Shown here: piece by piece, positions 8,555-18,480 of the stretch
Layout: each line of letters starts with the position of its first letter
Position numbering within the stretch: position 1 is the first letter of the stretch
Assembly: GCA_963749915.1 (NCBI GenBank)
Contig: CAVVOP010000028.1
Coordinates: 1 to 29,285 of the forward strand
Length of the DNA: 29,285 nucleotides
Direction of reading: 5' to 3'
Source of the DNA: an uncultured cyanobacterium
GTDB taxonomy: Bacteria > Cyanobacteriota > Cyanobacteriia > Cyanobacteriales > Cyanobacteriaceae
Program-made: the position numbers and the translations under genes
The notes under the pieces: generated by a model
What the model was told of the DNA's origin: nothing
Database searches by the model: none
The model's input: the letters and a program-made list of their open reading frames with translations, nothing else

Positions 8555-9118
8555 TTAACTTTGACCTTTGTCCAACCAATTGATTAAATCATCTACTGAG
8601 TTAAAGTCTAATAAAGCCTCACCCAACATCCTTAACCAGAGAGTATCTTCATTGACGGCTAACTGATGTATCACTATGATTCTGGTTGATAACGCTTCAG
8701 GTAAAAAATATATTCCTTCTTCCCAAATCTCTTGTTTTTCTGCTTTAAAAGAATTGAGTATTTTATCTGATAAAGTAGGAGTAATAATCCATAAATTAAC
8801 TTCCTCTTCACCCTTATTTTTCTTTTTATTTTCTCTAATAATAGTAGTAGTAACGTCCATTAACTTGCCAATACATTCCTTAATTTGATTAACTGTGACC
8901 GAATTTCGATACACCTCAAGTAGACAGTTTGTATTCAATAAATTTCGCAACAAACCCAACTGATTAGAATCATTTATTGCTTTATTATGAGGTTGAAAAA
9001 AGACATCAATTTCTTTAGTTTGCGAAGCTATTTTCTTCCCTGAAGAAACAGTTCCATAATCTTTTATTAATTCAGGTAAATATTCTTTAACAAAATCATC
9101 ATGAGGAAATTGACTCAT
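8555..9118 (-). CDS. DUF4351-tailed Rpn/PD-(D/E)XK-like cyanobacterial protein, likely internally deleted
   Basis: N-terminus PHDDFVKEYL...EIDVFFQP...CLLEVYRN; LWLRMLG joins directly to the DUF4351-type end EALLDFNSVDDLINWL. Confidence 0.65.
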   Translation of the reverse strand: MSQFPHDDFVKEYLPELIKDYGTVSSGKKIASQTKEIDVFFQPHNKAINDSNQLGLLRNLLNTNCLLEVYRNSVTVNQIKECIGKLMDVTTTIIRENKKKNKGEEEVNLWIITPTLSDKILNSFKAEKQEIWEEGIYFLPEALSTRIIVIHQLAVNEDTLWLRMLGEALLDFNSVDDLINWLDKGQS

Positions 9119-9247
9119 GGAAAAAAGACAAAATAATTAATTTATTGATAATAATAATTATAGCAAAATATGTCTTCTTAAATTAATAATTATTTTTATC
9201 TACATTAAATATGCAGTGTCATTTTTTCCTTACTGAAGGTGTCATTA

Positions 9248-9334
9248 GATCGCTCTGCGAAGCAGCGCCCTTGGTGATCAAGCTCTGCTTGCCGCTTTTA
9301 GCGTTCAGGCATAGCCTGCGCCCTTGGCGATCGC
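9248..9334. repeat. Cluster of small GC-rich dispersed repeats ending in HIP1
   Basis: TCTGCGAAGCAGCGC (9254..9268) is the exact reverse complement of 10313..10327; GCGCCCTTGG(T/C)GATC occurs twice. Confidence 0.65.
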
Positions 9335-9454
9335 TATTAGTGGAGATTATTATTGAAAGTTTTAGGCTCACCTTCGGTGAAATTCATTGAAAAAATACCC
9401 TGAATAACTCAACTTAGACAGGGTGAAACTCTACGCTACAAAAGAGGTAAAAAA

Positions 9455-9787
9455 ATGAATTATCGTGAATTACAAAAAGTTCTTAAACGCTACAAACAAG
9501 AAGGTTTAACTGATATAGCTCTCAATTCTAAAAAAGCAGTCTTGCAAGCAGAATTAGTTCGTATTGAATCGATGTTAGCGGTATCTAAATCTAAAGAAAA
9601 ATCAGAAACGCAAAGTATTCAAGTAACTAATGAGCCAATATTCCCTAAAAAACGTAAAGGACTAATTCACTCTACAGTCCATCTTTTGCAATGTACTTGT
9701 ATCATGGCTAGTCGTATTATCGTACCACGCCCAAGAATCCCCTTGATTTATATACCAAGGTCGTATCAGCCAGCTATGCCTAACTAA
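9455..9787 (+). CDS. Hypothetical basic protein (110 aa)
   Basis: AGAGGT plus ATG; helical N-terminus MNYRELQKVLK; no confident family. Confidence 0.7.
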   Translation: MNYRELQKVLKRYKQEGLTDIALNSKKAVLQAELVRIESMLAVSKSKEKSETQSIQVTNEPIFPKKRKGLIHSTVHLLQCTCIMASRIIVPRPRIPLIYIPRSYQPAMPN

Positions 9788-9908
9788 ATAGTTATCCGAC
9801 CTGTTGGATGTCGGTAAAAAAGCCAGAACACCCTCACGCTCGCGACCAAGCAATAGTGAGAGTGACACTTAAATTAACTGTAACAGTAGAATCTAGATAA
9901 GATTTATT

Positions 9909-10232
9909 ATGACATTTTCTACAAATCAAAAACAACACCAGTCAACCGCTTCTAAATTGATGGAAGCAAATCGTATCACCAATCCCATTCAAGACCATGT
10001 AGATGGCTGGCTTACTCGCTCGCCTGAATCTTGTGAATCAATTCATGAGGCGATCATTCTTGATAACCTTACCGTTGAAGGATTAGCTAATTTTCTCAAA
10101 TCAGAGGTGATGACGGAATTAAATGACAATCGCACTTATTCTCTAGTTGATCGACTAGCTCGAATGGCTCTTAAATCTGTTGATTGGAAGCAGATAGCAC
10201 AAAGTTATCTCAATAAAATTAGCCATAATTGA
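9909..10232 (+). CDS. Hypothetical protein (107 aa)
   Basis: Clean ATG ORF; C-terminal VDWKQIA segment; function unknown. Confidence 0.7.
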   Translation: MTFSTNQKQHQSTASKLMEANRITNPIQDHVDGWLTRSPESCESIHEAIILDNLTVEGLANFLKSEVMTELNDNRTYSLVDRLARMALKSVDWKQIAQSYLNKISHN

Positions 10233-10435
10233 AGGATCTCGATATTTTTGATTGTGCTTGTTTCCTCATTGATTAAGTAGATTTGGAAACATAAATACTG
10301 TGCTCGCTGAAAGCGCTGCTTCGCAGAACGCCGTAGGCACAGCTTCGCTGACCGCTAGAATGAGGTAAACACGTTGGAATAAATTCATTCCTAAAATTTA
10401 GGAACTCTGTGTTTCCTTTGATTTACATGGAGTCT

Positions 10436-11794
10436 CAGTAGTCCGCAATCAGACACTAGAAGAGTCAAAAACATAGTTGAGAAGGAGCTTGAAGTTGAAT
10501 CGCTGTGCTTAGACCCAAACGAGTTTCTACTTGACGACTAATCCAACGCAATAAGGTGGGGAAGCGCAAATCGCTGCGACCACCTCGGCAACCTGAACCC
10601 GTTCGAGATAGAGTCATCCAGGAACAAAGTGCCCAGAGATTTCTTAACAAAAAAGCAATCCCGACCGCCAACAACCTCAATTCAGGAGAACGGGAAGAAG
10701 TTCGCAAACGAGCTTGGTTCATTTGAGGATAGCTCGACTCAATCCCAAAGCGACGACGATAAGTTTGTGCCACTGAAGGCAAAGAACGCTTGTGCTTGCC
10801 AGTACGCATTCGTTTTCCCACAAGCGCATAAACCAGAGTCGTGGGAGGAATAGACTGGCTTCGGGAGCGAGAAGGACGACGATAACGGCGCACAACGGCA
10901 ACATCAAAAGTTAATGAGCCATCAGTGTTACTATTCATCGTATATCGATGCCAACCACTCTTCTTGTGAGCAAACAGGACTCGGCTTCCCGAAGGAGGGT
11001 CTTTCTTGCCCCTTGCTACTATGGGCACAATCGCCTCTGCTTTTTGGTCAAACCAACTTCAGGCCGCCACCGAACAAAAAGCTCGGTCAGCCAGCCACAA
11101 GCTCACCGAGATATCTAACTCATCCAGGTGAGTTTTCAGAGCATCAAGAACACTGACTAGAGATTCTCCTTGTCGTACATAGTGAAGAGCCAGAGTTACT
11201 CGCCGATTCGGGAGCACGACATAAACAGTAGCGAAGACGTGAAAGTGAGTTGAGCCTTGTTTTGCTTGGCCTCGTCGCACTTCTTGGGGGTCTTGGCTGG
11301 GTTGCCCATGATAAGGGAAGGGATCTCGACTAAATCAACCGCCACCTTCTGGGGCTTTTTCCCGTAAGCTCGCTTCAAATGTTTTCCCAGAGCCTTGTTG
11401 ACTTGGGTTTCGCTCTGGTTCAGTTCCAGAGAATCCTGATCGACACCCCGCACGGTGTTGGGTGAAGGGGAACCTTCGAGTTCGTGACACTCGCGATCAA
11501 TGCAGCTGTTGTTAGCGGCAGCGCACAGAAGCACATCCCAAATTTTCTCGGGAGAGGACTTTTCTCCACTGCTCTTGAGTTCTAGGTATTGGCTTAAGCT
11601 TTGGACAGCTAGGGCATGAAATTGTTTGAAGTTGAGTTTCTTGAGTTTCTGGTTTCTGAACAAATGAGTTGGCATTGATTCGGATGTCTCTAGATAGATA
11701 TAACTTTCTATTTCATCAGCTCTGGGTGGGTTCTGTCAAAATATCACCTCGAATCGAGTCTTTACTGCTTTTTCTGCTTCATTGCGGACTACTG
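10436..11794 (-). mobile_element. ISH3-family insertion sequence (1359 bp), GC-richer than surroundings
   Basis: 14-bp perfect IRs CAGTAGTCCGCAAT / ATTGCGGACTACTG; perfect 5-bp target duplication AGTCT (10431..10435, 11795..11799). Confidence 0.95.
10465..11675 (-). pseudogene. ISH3-family transposase in three pieces
   Basis: VAVDLVEIP (11196..11675), WLADRAFCS (11059..11280), YRRRFGIESSY (10465..11028); frameshift near 11312..11322 and in-frame TGA at 11059..11061. Confidence 0.9.
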
Positions 11795-11895
11795 AGTCTT
11801 CTAATGGATCTATTTGTTCATACTTGTCCCTACTGTCAAGCTATGAATTTTGAAGGCAGGGGATAACTTGGTCACAACTTCTAACGATGCGATAT

Positions 11896-12087
11896 TCAAT
11901 CTAACTCACTGTTTATAATACTTGCAGATTTCCCAGGCAACGGAACCAGTACCAAATTCAACAATTCCCCATTATTTCCTTGCATAAAACAGTTTCTAGT
12001 AGTTTGACTTTTAGCAATGAGTGTGGAATTATTCATGACAAAAGTGGTAAGAGTAGTTAGAATCAGTAAAACAATTTTATTACTCAT
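11896..12087 (-). CDS. Small exported protein, possibly truncated
   Basis: Signal-peptide-like N-terminus followed by CFMQGNNGELLNL; C-terminus looks unrelated. Confidence 0.45.
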   Translation of the reverse strand: MSNKIVLLILTTLTTFVMNNSTLIAKSQTTRNCFMQGNNGELLNLVLVPLPGKSASIINSELD

Positions 12088-13088
12088 ATATTTTTGAAAT
12101 AACTGTTATATTGCAATTTTAATTTTAATAGTTATACCAATAAATGGGATAGTTAGAAGTTTATACTTATGTAGATTCAAAAAATATCAAAAAAATAGAA
12201 ATTTGCTTTTTCTTAATTAATCCTTTTTTTATATAAATCTAAAGTTTGTGAACAGAGATAAAATAGGAAAAAATCATTTTTTTTGTAATCTTAATCTGGT
12301 AAAACTAGTATTTTTTCTATATTTTCTTTCTTTTTTGATATTTTTTGTTAATTTATTAAAGGATTTTTATTTCCCAATTTCAATGAATATTTGAAAGTAC
12401 TTGATAGCTCTAAATACATCTTGATAAGTTATTTAAATAGAGAATTAATATTATGCAAACGTCCTCTAAATAAATAATAATAATTCTCTTGGTGAAATAT
12501 TTCTTTACAAACTCACAATTTCATGTAGTTCTCATCCCCAAATGCTTAAAGGTATATGACAGATTAAAATAATTTGTTAATTAAACATTATTTTTCAGTC
12601 GTTATCTATAAATTGAGGAGAAATTAAGAAGTTCACGTATTTTCGCTTAATTGTAATCTAGGTGCATAAAAAATGAGAAATATATAAAAATTTTGTTCCC
12701 TGTAGTCCTAACTCTCAGGCAGTAAATGATCAAGAAATTGCTTCTGTTAAGTTTCTACTTTTTGAATAAAAGCCATGTTTTTGCATAATTTAAAAAGGTT
12801 ACAATAGAGCTATGATATACTTTTCGTGCTATATTTATTCTTTACAGTTTTTTATCAGAGAAAAAGTGATGAAAAGCTACAAAAATTATCTTTTGCGGTA
12901 TTTTTTATAGCACGAAACATTATAGTCTATATCTTTTTTGCAACTATGAGCTATTTTTTTGTTTATTGATTATTCTGTTTTTCTTCTAATAAGTATTTAT
13001 GAGATTCACTTCGTAAATATTTTAGTATCTCATCCTTATCTGATGGAACTGTGACAAAATTATAATCGCCTTGAATATACTCACAAAT

Positions 13089-14245
13089 ATGAAAAAAAAA
13101 CAATTACTTTTTTTAAGCTTTGTTAGTTTTACTCTTATTATTATCAGTCAATTTAATCTGCTTAAATCCCAAGCAAATAATCATTTAAGTCAAAATACAT
13201 TAACCCCAGAAATACAAGAAGTAATCGATAAATATAATCCTCAAAAGCCTCCTCGTGGTGATGTGAGATTGCTGGTAATTAGTGATCTTAATAGTGCCTA
13301 CGGTTCAACAGAATATGACACAGAAGTTCATTTGGCTGTTAAGATGATTCCCTTTTGGCAACCTGATTTAGTATTGTGTAGTGGAGATATGATTGCCGGA
13401 CAAAAACCATCTTTAACCGCTACTCAAATTCGAGCAATGTGGCAAAGTTTCGATCGCAATATTGCTCAACCAGTTAGGAACTTAAAGATTCCTTTTGGTT
13501 TTACTATTGGTAACCATGATGGTTCGGGATGGTTAGTTCAGATCAAAGTAAATTTTTATTTCAGCAAGAACGAGACTTAGCTGTAGAATATTGGCAAAAT
13601 CCCCAACATGATCCTCAAGTTAAATTTATCGATAGTCAAGAGTTTCCTTTTTATTACACTTTTGAACAACAAGATATCTTCTTTTTGGTCTGGGATGGTT
13701 CATCTAGCCGTATTCCTCAAGATAAACTGACATGGGTAGAAAGAAGCTTAGACTCTCTTCAAGCTCAACGAGCAAAAATCAAAGTGGTCATAGGACATTT
13801 ACCCCTTTATGCCGTTGCCAAAGGTAGAAACTCCCCAGGTGAAGTTTTAAATAATGCCGAACAATTACGGGCATTATTAGAAAAACACAACGTACATACT
13901 TATATTAGTGGTCATCACCACGCTTATTATCCTGCTTACAAAGGTGATTTACAGCTATTACATACAGGAGCGTTAGGAGGAGGTTCTCGCTTGTTAATTG
14001 CCGACAATACTACTGCTGTCAAGACAATTACCGTCATTGATATTAATTTTGATGATCCTAATTTAACTACTTATACTACCTATAATATGAAAAATTTTGA
14101 GATAATTAATCATGAAAAATTACCCCGATTGTTAATGGGACATAATGGTATGATCTTAAGAAGGGATATTGACGTTCAAGAACTAACAAAAAAAGAAAAA
14201 AAAGCTTGTATTGATAAGTTTAGTGTTTCTGCTTGTCGAGAATAA
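13089..14245 (+). pseudogene. Secreted calcineurin-like metallophosphoesterase with frameshift
   Basis: Signal peptide MKKKQLLFLSFV...; motifs ISDLN, SGDM, GNHD in the first frame and GHLP, SGHHH in the second; frame change near 13520..13535. Confidence 0.85.
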
Positions 14246-14677
14246 AATTAGCTTGAAGAATTAGGAGCAAATTAAATTAATACCCAATCTTAAAAATTTT
14301 TTCTGGTAAAAAATTTTTATTAAGGCTCTAGCAAAAATAATTTCCCCGTAATCTTTGTTTTTAATTCTTGATTTATCAGAAAAATATCTTAGACAAATTA
14401 GAAGTTTATTTTTGCTATCTTCTTTTAAAGAAATCTAATAAATAAGAAATTGTTTATCATAAAACTAAAAGAGCTTGCAATTAGATAATGTATCAATAAA
14501 GTAAGGCTTTTGATGGTTTTAAACTGGCATTTTCCACCAAATCTACTATATCCATTTTCTAAAATGTTATTTTTAAAAAACTTATATAGCTTTTTAAAAG
14601 TTAATATAATACTGACAATATTTTCTAAAATTGTTATATTAAAAATACTGAAACATCGTGTCATAAACAACTAAATT

Positions 14678-15067
14678 TTAAAGATTTTGGCAATCTTCAC
14701 ATAAGCCATAAAATTCTAATGTATGATAATATAATTTGAATTTTTCTTCTGCTGAAATATTATGATGACGATCGACAATACAGTTTTTTTCTTTAATTAA
14801 CTCTGATTTACCACAATTAATGCAGTTTAAATGGTGGGTATGATGATCGATCAATTGATATAAAGACTCTCCATTTTGGGTGATTCTTTCTTGAATTATG
14901 CCCTGTAAATGTAAAGTTTTTAAAGTTCTATAAACCGTTGCTAATCCTATTTTTGATTTTTGTTGACGTAATTGAAGATGTAAATCTTGAGCCGTAATTT
15001 CGGTATTTACTTCCTGTAATAAATTGAAAATTTTTTGTTGATTTTTAGTCAACGTTTCTTTCTTCAT
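14678..15067 (-). CDS. Fur-family regulator, probably Zur-like
   Basis: IGLATVYRTL recognition helix, HHTHHLNCINCG, C-terminal CEDC; located in a zinc-uptake operon. Confidence 0.9.
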   Translation of the reverse strand: MKKETLTKNQQKIFNLLQEVNTEITAQDLHLQLRQQKSKIGLATVYRTLKTLHLQGIIQERITQNGESLYQLIDHHTHHLNCINCGKSELIKEKNCIVDRHHNISAEEKFKLYYHTLEFYGLCEDCQNL

Positions 15068-15076
15068 TGATTATAT

Positions 15077-15772
15077 TTAATATTCAATACTCTTTAATAT
15101 TAATTGATTATTATAAGGGTTATAGAGAGTATAAGTTGCTCGATGAGGATATTTACCCACATTCCCGACACCAATAATTTTTTTCTGTTTTACTTCTCTT
15201 GTATTACTAGATTGAGTATCTAAGGTTATGACTGTTGAAGTTAAATTAGCCTGTTGTAATTGATATTCGTATAATAAAGAAGATCGTCCTGAAAATAGGT
15301 AATTTACATTCATCCGTTGTAAGCGATCTAAAATAACCCAAGGAGAAGTATCAGGAGTTAAAGCCTCACTTACATTTACAGTTGTGCCATGAATTAAAAG
15401 ACAATCAAACTCGACAAAACCAAAGTCTAAATTGCGAATCCATTCCACCATAGAGCGAGGTACATAATCCCATAATTGCTTGGTGGCAGATATACCATAT
15501 TCATCAATCAACTCCTCAGGATTGGCTACACTACCTAAACCATGCAAAATTAAACATTGTTCTTCCCACCAACCTCGACAAACATGAAGAGTAACAGAAG
15601 AATTAACAGGGTTAGTGATGACATCAATTACCTTTTGGTTATCTGGAGACAAACCAATCACATCCCCTAAAATATAGATATCTTCCACCGCTACTTTTTG
15701 ATGATAAATATCCTTTAAAACAGCTTGATAAGCTGATAAATTTCCTTCAATTCCGCTTACTATTGCCCACAT
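15077..15772 (-). CDS. Degenerate metallophosphoesterase-fold protein
   Basis: SGIEGN, LGDVIG, RGWWEE, IHGT, GVGNVG align with phosphoesterase motifs, several ligands missing. Confidence 0.8.
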   Translation of the reverse strand: MWAIVSGIEGNLSAYQAVLKDIYHQKVAVEDIYILGDVIGLSPDNQKVIDVITNPVNSSVTLHVCRGWWEEQCLILHGLGSVANPEELIDEYGISATKQLWDYVPRSMVEWIRNLDFGFVEFDCLLIHGTTVNVSEALTPDTSPWVILDRLQRMNVNYLFSGRSSLLYEYQLQQANLTSTVITLDTQSSNTREVKQKKIIGVGNVGKYPHRATYTLYNPYNNQLILKSIEY

Positions 15773-15797
15773 TGTAATGAATAGTAATAGTTAATAG

Positions 15798-16607
15798 TTA
15801 TCGTTGACAGACATGAGTGGCATCTTCAGCTTTTTCGGCGTATTCCAAACCTTGGGCTAAACGCCAAGCGAATATTTTCGGTAAGCCTCGATCGACAATA
15901 TCTTGACAAGTAGTATGATAATCGTATTCGACTTCTCTTAATAATACGGCCTCAGTTACGGTATCATAAATGACATAAGTTGCATTCGGACGACCATGAC
16001 GAGGTTCACCGACTGAGCCTACATTGACAATACGCTTTAACGGACTATTAAAAGTATTACTTTCTGCAGATTCGGGGGTTACTACCTTGACTTGCAATTG
16101 CCCAGCATCGAGAGTACGTACATAGGGGATATGGGTATGCCCACAAAATAATATGTCTGCATCGACGCTTAAAACCCTCTCTAAGGCGGCGAAAGCATCC
16201 ATTTCAGCTAAAAGATACTCGTGGTTACTTTGAGGGCTTCCATGAGCAAAACAAAGGCGATCGTCTTTGAGATAATGGGGTAAACTAGCTAAATATTGGC
16301 GATTTTCGGGAGTAATTTGTTGATTTGTCCATTCATGGGCGAGGATACCTCTTCTTTCGGCGACCAGAGAAGGATAACTACATTCACAAGAGTTTAAACC
16401 TTCGACAATATCTTCATCCCAACAACCTTGTACAGAAGGAATGTCTAATTCTCTGATTTTAGCGATTACCTCGTTAGGATGAGGCCCATAACCGACTAAA
16501 TCCCCTAAACTATAAATACGATCGCACTTATGTTCTTCAAGATCTTTTAAGACTGCCTCTAGAGCAGGTAAATTGGCATGAATACAAGATAAAACAGCAA
16601 TTTTCAT
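15798..16607 (-). CDS. Metallophosphoesterase family protein
   Basis: SCIHAN, LGDLVGYGP, QGCWDE, AHGSP, CGHTH, NVGSVGEPR. Confidence 0.9.
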   Translation of the reverse strand: MKIAVLSCIHANLPALEAVLKDLEEHKCDRIYSLGDLVGYGPHPNEVIAKIRELDIPSVQGCWDEDIVEGLNSCECSYPSLVAERRGILAHEWTNQQITPENRQYLASLPHYLKDDRLCFAHGSPQSNHEYLLAEMDAFAALERVLSVDADILFCGHTHIPYVRTLDAGQLQVKVVTPESAESNTFNSPLKRIVNVGSVGEPRHGRPNATYVIYDTVTEAVLLREVEYDYHTTCQDIVDRGLPKIFAWRLAQGLEYAEKAEDATHVCQR

Positions 16608-16621
16608 TTAATTATTCTCCA

Positions 16622-17671
16622 TTATTTGTTACTAGGATTAAAGGCTGTATATTGCCCCCCTAAACCTTCGACGATAGTTCTGGTGTTGGCAATTAACATC
16701 TTTTGGTAAGTATCACCTTCCGTGCCTTTTCCTCCTAAATTATCGGCATATAACTCCCGTGACGATAATTGCACATTCGCTTCTCTGGCTACAGTTTCTA
16801 TTAATTTAGGATTCACAGAGGTTTCTGCAAAGATAGTTGGCACTTGGCTTTCCTTTATTTCCTTAACTAAATTTGCCACTGTCCCTGCACTAGGCGATTC
16901 ATCTGTACTGAAACCCGACAAAGCACCTTGAAATTCAATATTATATGCTTGAACATAATAGCCTAAAGCGTCATGGGTGGTTACTAGTTTCTTTTTATCC
17001 GCAGGGATTGTATTTATTTGTTGCTTAATCCACTCGTCAATTTGCCCTAATTCTGTCTGTACTGTCTGAGTTTGACTCTGATATTTTTCCCTTAAATCTG
17101 GCTGTATTTGCGTTAATCCTTCAGCGATAACTGCTACCATTTTGATCCCATTTTGGGGATTATGCCAGACATGAGGATCAGGTACTTTTTCTTCGCTATG
17201 TTCTTCATGGTCATGATCTTTCTCGCTATGTTTCTCACCACTGTGATCATCATGACCATGATCGTGTTCTTCCCCTAAAATAGGATCTGTAACAGCTTGT
17301 TCATGAACTGCAATTTTTGGGTTATTATTAGTTGTGGCATTGATTAATTTGATCAAACTTGAGTCAAAATCATAACCACCGTATAATACTAAATCAGCAG
17401 ATTCGATCGCTTGTCGATCTTCTGGAGTCTCTTGATATACATGGGGATCAATTTCAGGTTGTAATAAACATTTTAAATTTACCGTATCTTGTGCTATTTG
17501 CTGAGTTAAATCACATAAAATACTAGTGGTTGCCACTACTAACGGTAGATTATCCGTTGATGATGTGGGGGTTTCCTCTTGCTTATCCCCTTTCACGCTC
17601 GCATTACACCCCCAAATACTCAGGAGAATCGCCACTATGCCTACAGACTTTAATATTTTCACCGTCGTCAT
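16622..17671 (-). CDS. znuA: Zn/Mn ABC transporter substrate-binding lipoprotein (cluster A-I) with His-rich loop
   Basis: Lipobox IWGC; DPHVY, DPHVW, THDALGY; HDHGHDDH...HDHEEH loop suggests Zn preference. Confidence 0.9.
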   Translation of the reverse strand: MTTVKILKSVGIVAILLSIWGCNASVKGDKQEETPTSSTDNLPLVVATTSILCDLTQQIAQDTVNLKCLLQPEIDPHVYQETPEDRQAIESADLVLYGGYDFDSSLIKLINATTNNNPKIAVHEQAVTDPILGEEHDHGHDDHSGEKHSEKDHDHEEHSEEKVPDPHVWHNPQNGIKMVAVIAEGLTQIQPDLREKYQSQTQTVQTELGQIDEWIKQQINTIPADKKKLVTTHDALGYYVQAYNIEFQGALSGFSTDESPSAGTVANLVKEIKESQVPTIFAETSVNPKLIETVAREANVQLSSRELYADNLGGKGTEGDTYQKMLIANTRTIVEGLGGQYTAFNPSNK

Positions 17672-17674
17672 ATA

Positions 17675-17695
17675 TAATAATGATTATCATTATCA
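17675..17695. promoter_or_regulatory. Overlapping Zur-box-like operators between divergent znuA and znuC
   Basis: TAATAATGATTATCA (17675..17689) and TGATTATCATTATCA (17681..17695), each one mismatch from TGATAATNATTATCA. Confidence 0.8.
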
Positions 17696-17706
17696 TTATA
17701 TAGCTT

Positions 17707-18429
17707 ATGTTAGAAGTTAAGCAATTAGTTGTTAATTATCGGGGATTAGTAGCGGTAGAAAATGTTAGTTTTTCTGTCAAAGAAGGAGAAATAGTTGGCA
17801 TCATTGGTCCAAACGGAGCAGGAAAAAGCACAATATTAAAGGCTATTTTGGGGTTGATTTCGGTAGAAACAGGTGTTATCCAGTACCAATCTCAAAGTAT
17901 GACCAAAAAGTTACAACAGGTTGCTTATATACCTCAAAGGGCACAAATTGATTGGGATTATCCCATTACCGTAGAAAAAGTGGTCATGATGGCAAGAATT
18001 AGGCATACGGGGTTATTTCGCTCTTATTCTCGTCAATCTCGATTGATCGTACAACAAGCTTTAGAAAAAGTGGGAATGTGGGAATTGAGACATCGTGTTA
18101 TTGGGGAATTATCGGGAGGGCAACAACAAAGGATATTTTTAGCCCAAGCTTTAGCCCAAGAAGCACAATTATTTTTATTCGATGAGCCTTTTATGGGGGT
18201 GGATAAAAAAACTGAAACTATGCTTTTTGATGTATTTGATGAACTGAAATCTCAGGGAAAAATTTTGATTGTGGTGGGGCATGAACTTCGAGAAACTACC
18301 CGTAATTACGATCGATTTTTGTTAATTAATAAAATTTTAATTGCTGATGGGACTCAAAAGGAAGTAATTACCGCTAATAATATTCAAAAAGCCTATGGTG
18401 ATAATGTAATTTTCTTTAAAAAAAAATAA
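17707..18429 (+). CDS. znuC: Metal ABC transporter ATP-binding subunit
   Basis: GPNGAGKST, LSGGQQQR, FLFDEPF; YIPQR Q-loop typical of ZnuC/MntA. Confidence 0.92.
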   Translation: MLEVKQLVVNYRGLVAVENVSFSVKEGEIVGIIGPNGAGKSTILKAILGLISVETGVIQYQSQSMTKKLQQVAYIPQRAQIDWDYPITVEKVVMMARIRHTGLFRSYSRQSRLIVQQALEKVGMWELRHRVIGELSGGQQQRIFLAQALAQEAQLFLFDEPFMGVDKKTETMLFDVFDELKSQGKILIVVGHELRETTRNYDRFLLINKILIADGTQKEVITANNIQKAYGDNVIFFKKK

Positions 18430-18480
18430 TTATGATTGAAAATATTTTCCATTTAACTCTTAATTTTTACTATCACTAAA

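Noticed and set aside
9145..9162. TGATAATAATAATTA as a Zur box
   Set aside because: Several mismatches in very AT-rich DNA and upstream of an unrelated gene.
10388..10404. Perfect 8-1-8 palindrome TTCCTAAA-A-TTTAGGAA
   Set aside because: Single AT-rich occurrence with no gene or second copy to give it meaning.
11915..11965. EFGTGSVAWEICK in an alternative minus frame as a methyltransferase remnant
   Set aside because: Too short to support without a search.
14425..14670. 81-aa ORF and other short shadow ORFs (2209..2412, 8676..8888, 9662..9868, 10629..11156, 16722..16931, 17526..17720, 26203..26655, 28173..28388)
   Set aside because: Low-complexity AT-rich frames or overlaps with better-supported genes or transposon ends.
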